Shown here: one piece after another, positions 48,948 to 51,144 of the stretch
How the letters are laid out: each line of letters starts with the position of its first letter
Position numbering within the stretch: position 1 is the stretch's first letter
Source of the DNA: Promethearchaeota archaeon
GTDB taxonomy: Archaea; Asgardarchaeota; Lokiarchaeia; Sigyniarchaeales; SOKP01
Assembly (NCBI GenBank): GCA_048940925.1
Contig: JBHLOC010000031.1
Location: 5,745-56,888 of the forward strand
Direction of reading: 5' to 3'
Length of the DNA stretch: 51,144 nucleotides
Program-made: the position numbers and the translations under genes
Notes under the pieces: model-generated
Database searches by the model: none
Told to the model about the DNA's origin: nothing
Seen by the model: only the letters and a program-made list of their open reading frames with translations

Positions 48948-51144
48948 GTGTTTAGAATTTCGTATATTAAAAAGGAAATAGAACTTATAGGATTTTGGAA
49001 GGATAACAAAATATTTGAGAAAAGTGTGGAGCAAAGACCTAAAGATAATCCTTATGTATTTTATGATGGACCCCCATTTGCTACGGGATTACCTCAACAT
49101 GGTAATATATTAAGTATTGTAACAAAAGATGTATTCCCAAGATATTGGACAATGAAAGGACATCGTTGTGAGAGGAGATGGGGTTGGGATTGCCATGGGC
49201 TTCCTATAGAAAGTGTTTGTGAAAAAGCTTTAAATATAAAGCAGAAGAATGAAATTTATCAAATGGGTGTAGAAGAATTTAATGAATTTTGTCGCTCAAA
49301 AGTGCTTTGGTATGCTAATGAATGGAAAAAAACCGTTGATCGAATGGGTAAGTGGATAGAATTTGATAATTCATATAAAACGATGGATAATACTTATATG
49401 GAGACCGTGTGGTATATTTTTAAAAAGATATATACTGATGGTCTTATATATAAAGGTAAAAAAGTCTTGTTTTATTGTCCAAGATGTGAAACGCCGCTCT
49501 CTAATTTTGAAATTTCTATGGATAACAGTTATAAGGAGGTTACTGAACATTCAGTTATAGCAAAATTTGAATTAAAAGAAGAACCAAAAACATTTCTTTT
49601 AGCATGGACTACAACTCCTTGGACTTTAATTGGAAATGTGGCTTTAGCTGTAAATGGTAAACAAGCATACGTTAAAATAAAGGTTAATGGTGAATATTTA
49701 ATCTTAATAAATAACAAGTTAGAAAACATCAAAGAGGAATATGAAATAATTGATGAATTTAAAGGAAAAGAACTGTTAAATAAGGAGTATAAGCCTTTAT
49801 ATCAAATTTCAACTATGAGAGACAAAAAAGGGTATGGGGTAATTGATGGTGGCGATGAAGTATTGTCTGATGAAGGAACAGGAATTATTCATATAGCACT
49901 TTATGGTGAATTTGATTATGAAATGATAAATAAGTATGATCTTCCAGTAATTCAACATATTGATGAACATGGTAAGTTGGTCGATGGTCCAAAAAATTGG
50001 ATTGGTTTATGGTTTAAAGATGTAGATGACGAGGTCTTGGAGGATCTAGATCATCGGAACCTTTTATACGAAACAGAAGATTACACACATTCATATCCTT
50101 TCTGTTATAGATGTAATACACCCTTAATTTATAATGCTCTTGATGCTTGGTTTATAAACATTCAAAAAATAAAACCAAGACTTTTAAAAACTAATAAAAA
50201 AATAAACTGGTATCCCAAAGAAATTTCTTATAGATATCAAAAGATAATAGAAACCGCTCCTGATTGGTGCATTTCGAGAAATCGGTTTTGGGCTACAGCA
50301 ATGCCCATCTGGGAGTGTGAAGAATGCAATGTAATTAGAGTAATTGGATCAGTGAAAGAATTACAAGAAAATGCGATTGAAGAAGTTCCAGATAATCTTG
50401 ATCTCCACAGACATATAGTTGATAAAATACATCTTAGATGTTCAAGTTGCAATAAAATAATGAATCGTATATCAGAAGTATTTGATTGTTGGTTGGAATC
50501 GGGTTCAATGCCATATGCTGCAAAACATTACCCTTTTGAAAATATTGAATGGTTTGAACAAAATTTCCCGAGTGATTTTGTATCAGAATATATTGGTCAG
50601 GTTAGAGCATGGTTTTACTATATGCATGTAATATCAATTCTATTATTTGATAACATTCCTTTTAAAAATGTTGTCGTAAATGGTAATTTACTTGGTGAAG
50701 ACGGAACTAAAATGTCAAAATCCAAAAAAAATTATCCTGATCCAAACCTGATCATAGAGAAATATGGAGCTGACGCTTTAAGGATTTATCTTATGTCATC
50801 ACAACTAATGAGGGCCCAAGATTTAAGTTTTAAAGAAGAAATAGTGAAACAAATCTATAGAAGATTCAATTTATTGCTAGCTAATGTATTAAAGTTTTAT
50901 TCACTAATCAATATTGATGAGATTACTGCGGATAAAACACATTCAGATAATATTTTAGATCGATGGATAATTAGTGTATTGAATAGCCTTATACGAGATA
51001 TTACGCAACTAATGAATGATTATGATACATCAGAGGCTAGTCGGTTATTATTCAATTTCATTGAGGATCTCTCTACATGGTATATTAAAAACAGCAGAGC
51101 CCGATTTAAGAGTGAAAATATAAATGAAAGATTATCAGCAATGA
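48948..51144 (+). CDS. ileS: Isoleucine--tRNA ligase, type 2 (runs off the window end; not in the ORF track)
   Basis: GTG at 48948 follows an in-frame TAG; FYDGPPFATGLP, GWDCHGLP, WTTTPWT, GTGIIH, DWCISRNRFW, DCWLESGSMP and KMSKS (50709-50723) all lie in the same frame. Confidence 0.95.
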   Translation, partial: MFRISYIKKEIELIGFWKDNKIFEKSVEQRPKDNPYVFYDGPPFATGLPQHGNILSIVTKDVFPRYWTMKGHRCERRWGWDCHGLPIESVCEKALNIKQKNEIYQMGVEEFNEFCRSKVLWYANEWKKTVDRMGKWIEFDNSYKTMDNTYMETVWYIFKKIYTDGLIYKGKKVLFYCPRCETPLSNFEISMDNSYKEVTEHSVIAKFELKEEPKTFLLAWTTTPWTLIGNVALAVNGKQAYVKIKVNGEYLILINNKLENIKEEYEIIDEFKGKELLNKEYKPLYQISTMRDKKGYGVIDGGDEVLSDEGTGIIHIALYGEFDYEMINKYDLPVIQHIDEHGKLVDGPKNWIGLWFKDVDDEVLEDLDHRNLLYETEDYTHSYPFCYRCNTPLIYNALDAWFINIQKIKPRLLKTNKKINWYPKEISYRYQKIIETAPDWCISRNRFWATAMPIWECEECNVIRVIGSVKELQENAIEEVPDNLDLHRHIVDKIHLRCSSCNKIMNRISEVFDCWLESGSMPYAAKHYPFENIEWFEQNFPSDFVSEYIGQVRAWFYYMHVISILLFDNIPFKNVVVNGNLLGEDGTKMSKSKKNYPDPNLIIEKYGADALRIYLMSSQLMRAQDLSFKEEIVKQIYRRFNLLLANVLKFYSLINIDEITADKTHSDNILDRWIISVLNSLIRDITQLMNDYDTSEASRLLFNFIEDLSTWYIKNSRARFKSENINERLSAM

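Noticed and set aside
1-51144. Short antisense or alternative-frame ORFs in the track (e.g. 5051-5251, 6780-7007, 8483-8779, 9773-10033, 12499-12744, 19704-19988, 29210-29494, 29704-29964, 31337-31567, 44717-45034, 46281-46610, 49363-49560, 49529-49732, 50237-50452)
   Set aside because: They overlap well-supported genes, have no motifs, and look like shadow ORFs.

Overview
AT-rich, gene-dense chromosomal segment that is almost certainly from an Asgard archaeon (Lokiarchaeia-like). This call rests on an archaeal TBP, CDC48, PSTK, deoxyhypusine synthase, ArgRS and IleRS found together with eukaryotic-signature proteins: a Loki-type profilin, five Rab/Ras-like small GTPases, three longin-like proteins, two V4R (Bet3-fold) proteins, a LITAF-like Zn protein, and a Loki-CTERM-type anchored beta-helix surface protein. 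I saw no rRNA, tRNA, CRISPR array or transposase. The main candidate new system is a gene arrangement that occurs twice, 'small GTPase - V4R - small GTPase' (30.7-32.8 kb with a thioredoxin, and 42.4-44.6 kb with a PPC/DUF296 protein), with longin-fold genes nearby. It may be a sensor-controlled, TRAPP-like GTPase switch module. Other notable items are an IleRS (missed by the ORF track) whose HIGH motif reads QHGN and which follows a structured leader, an NPRL2-like longin-winged-helix protein, a polytopic membrane protein ending in a longin domain, a signal-less reductive dehalogenase, a RifK/RifL-like aminosugar pair with a sulfotransferase, and an argS-agmatinase-dhs operon. All family calls come from motifs recognised by eye; no database search was run.
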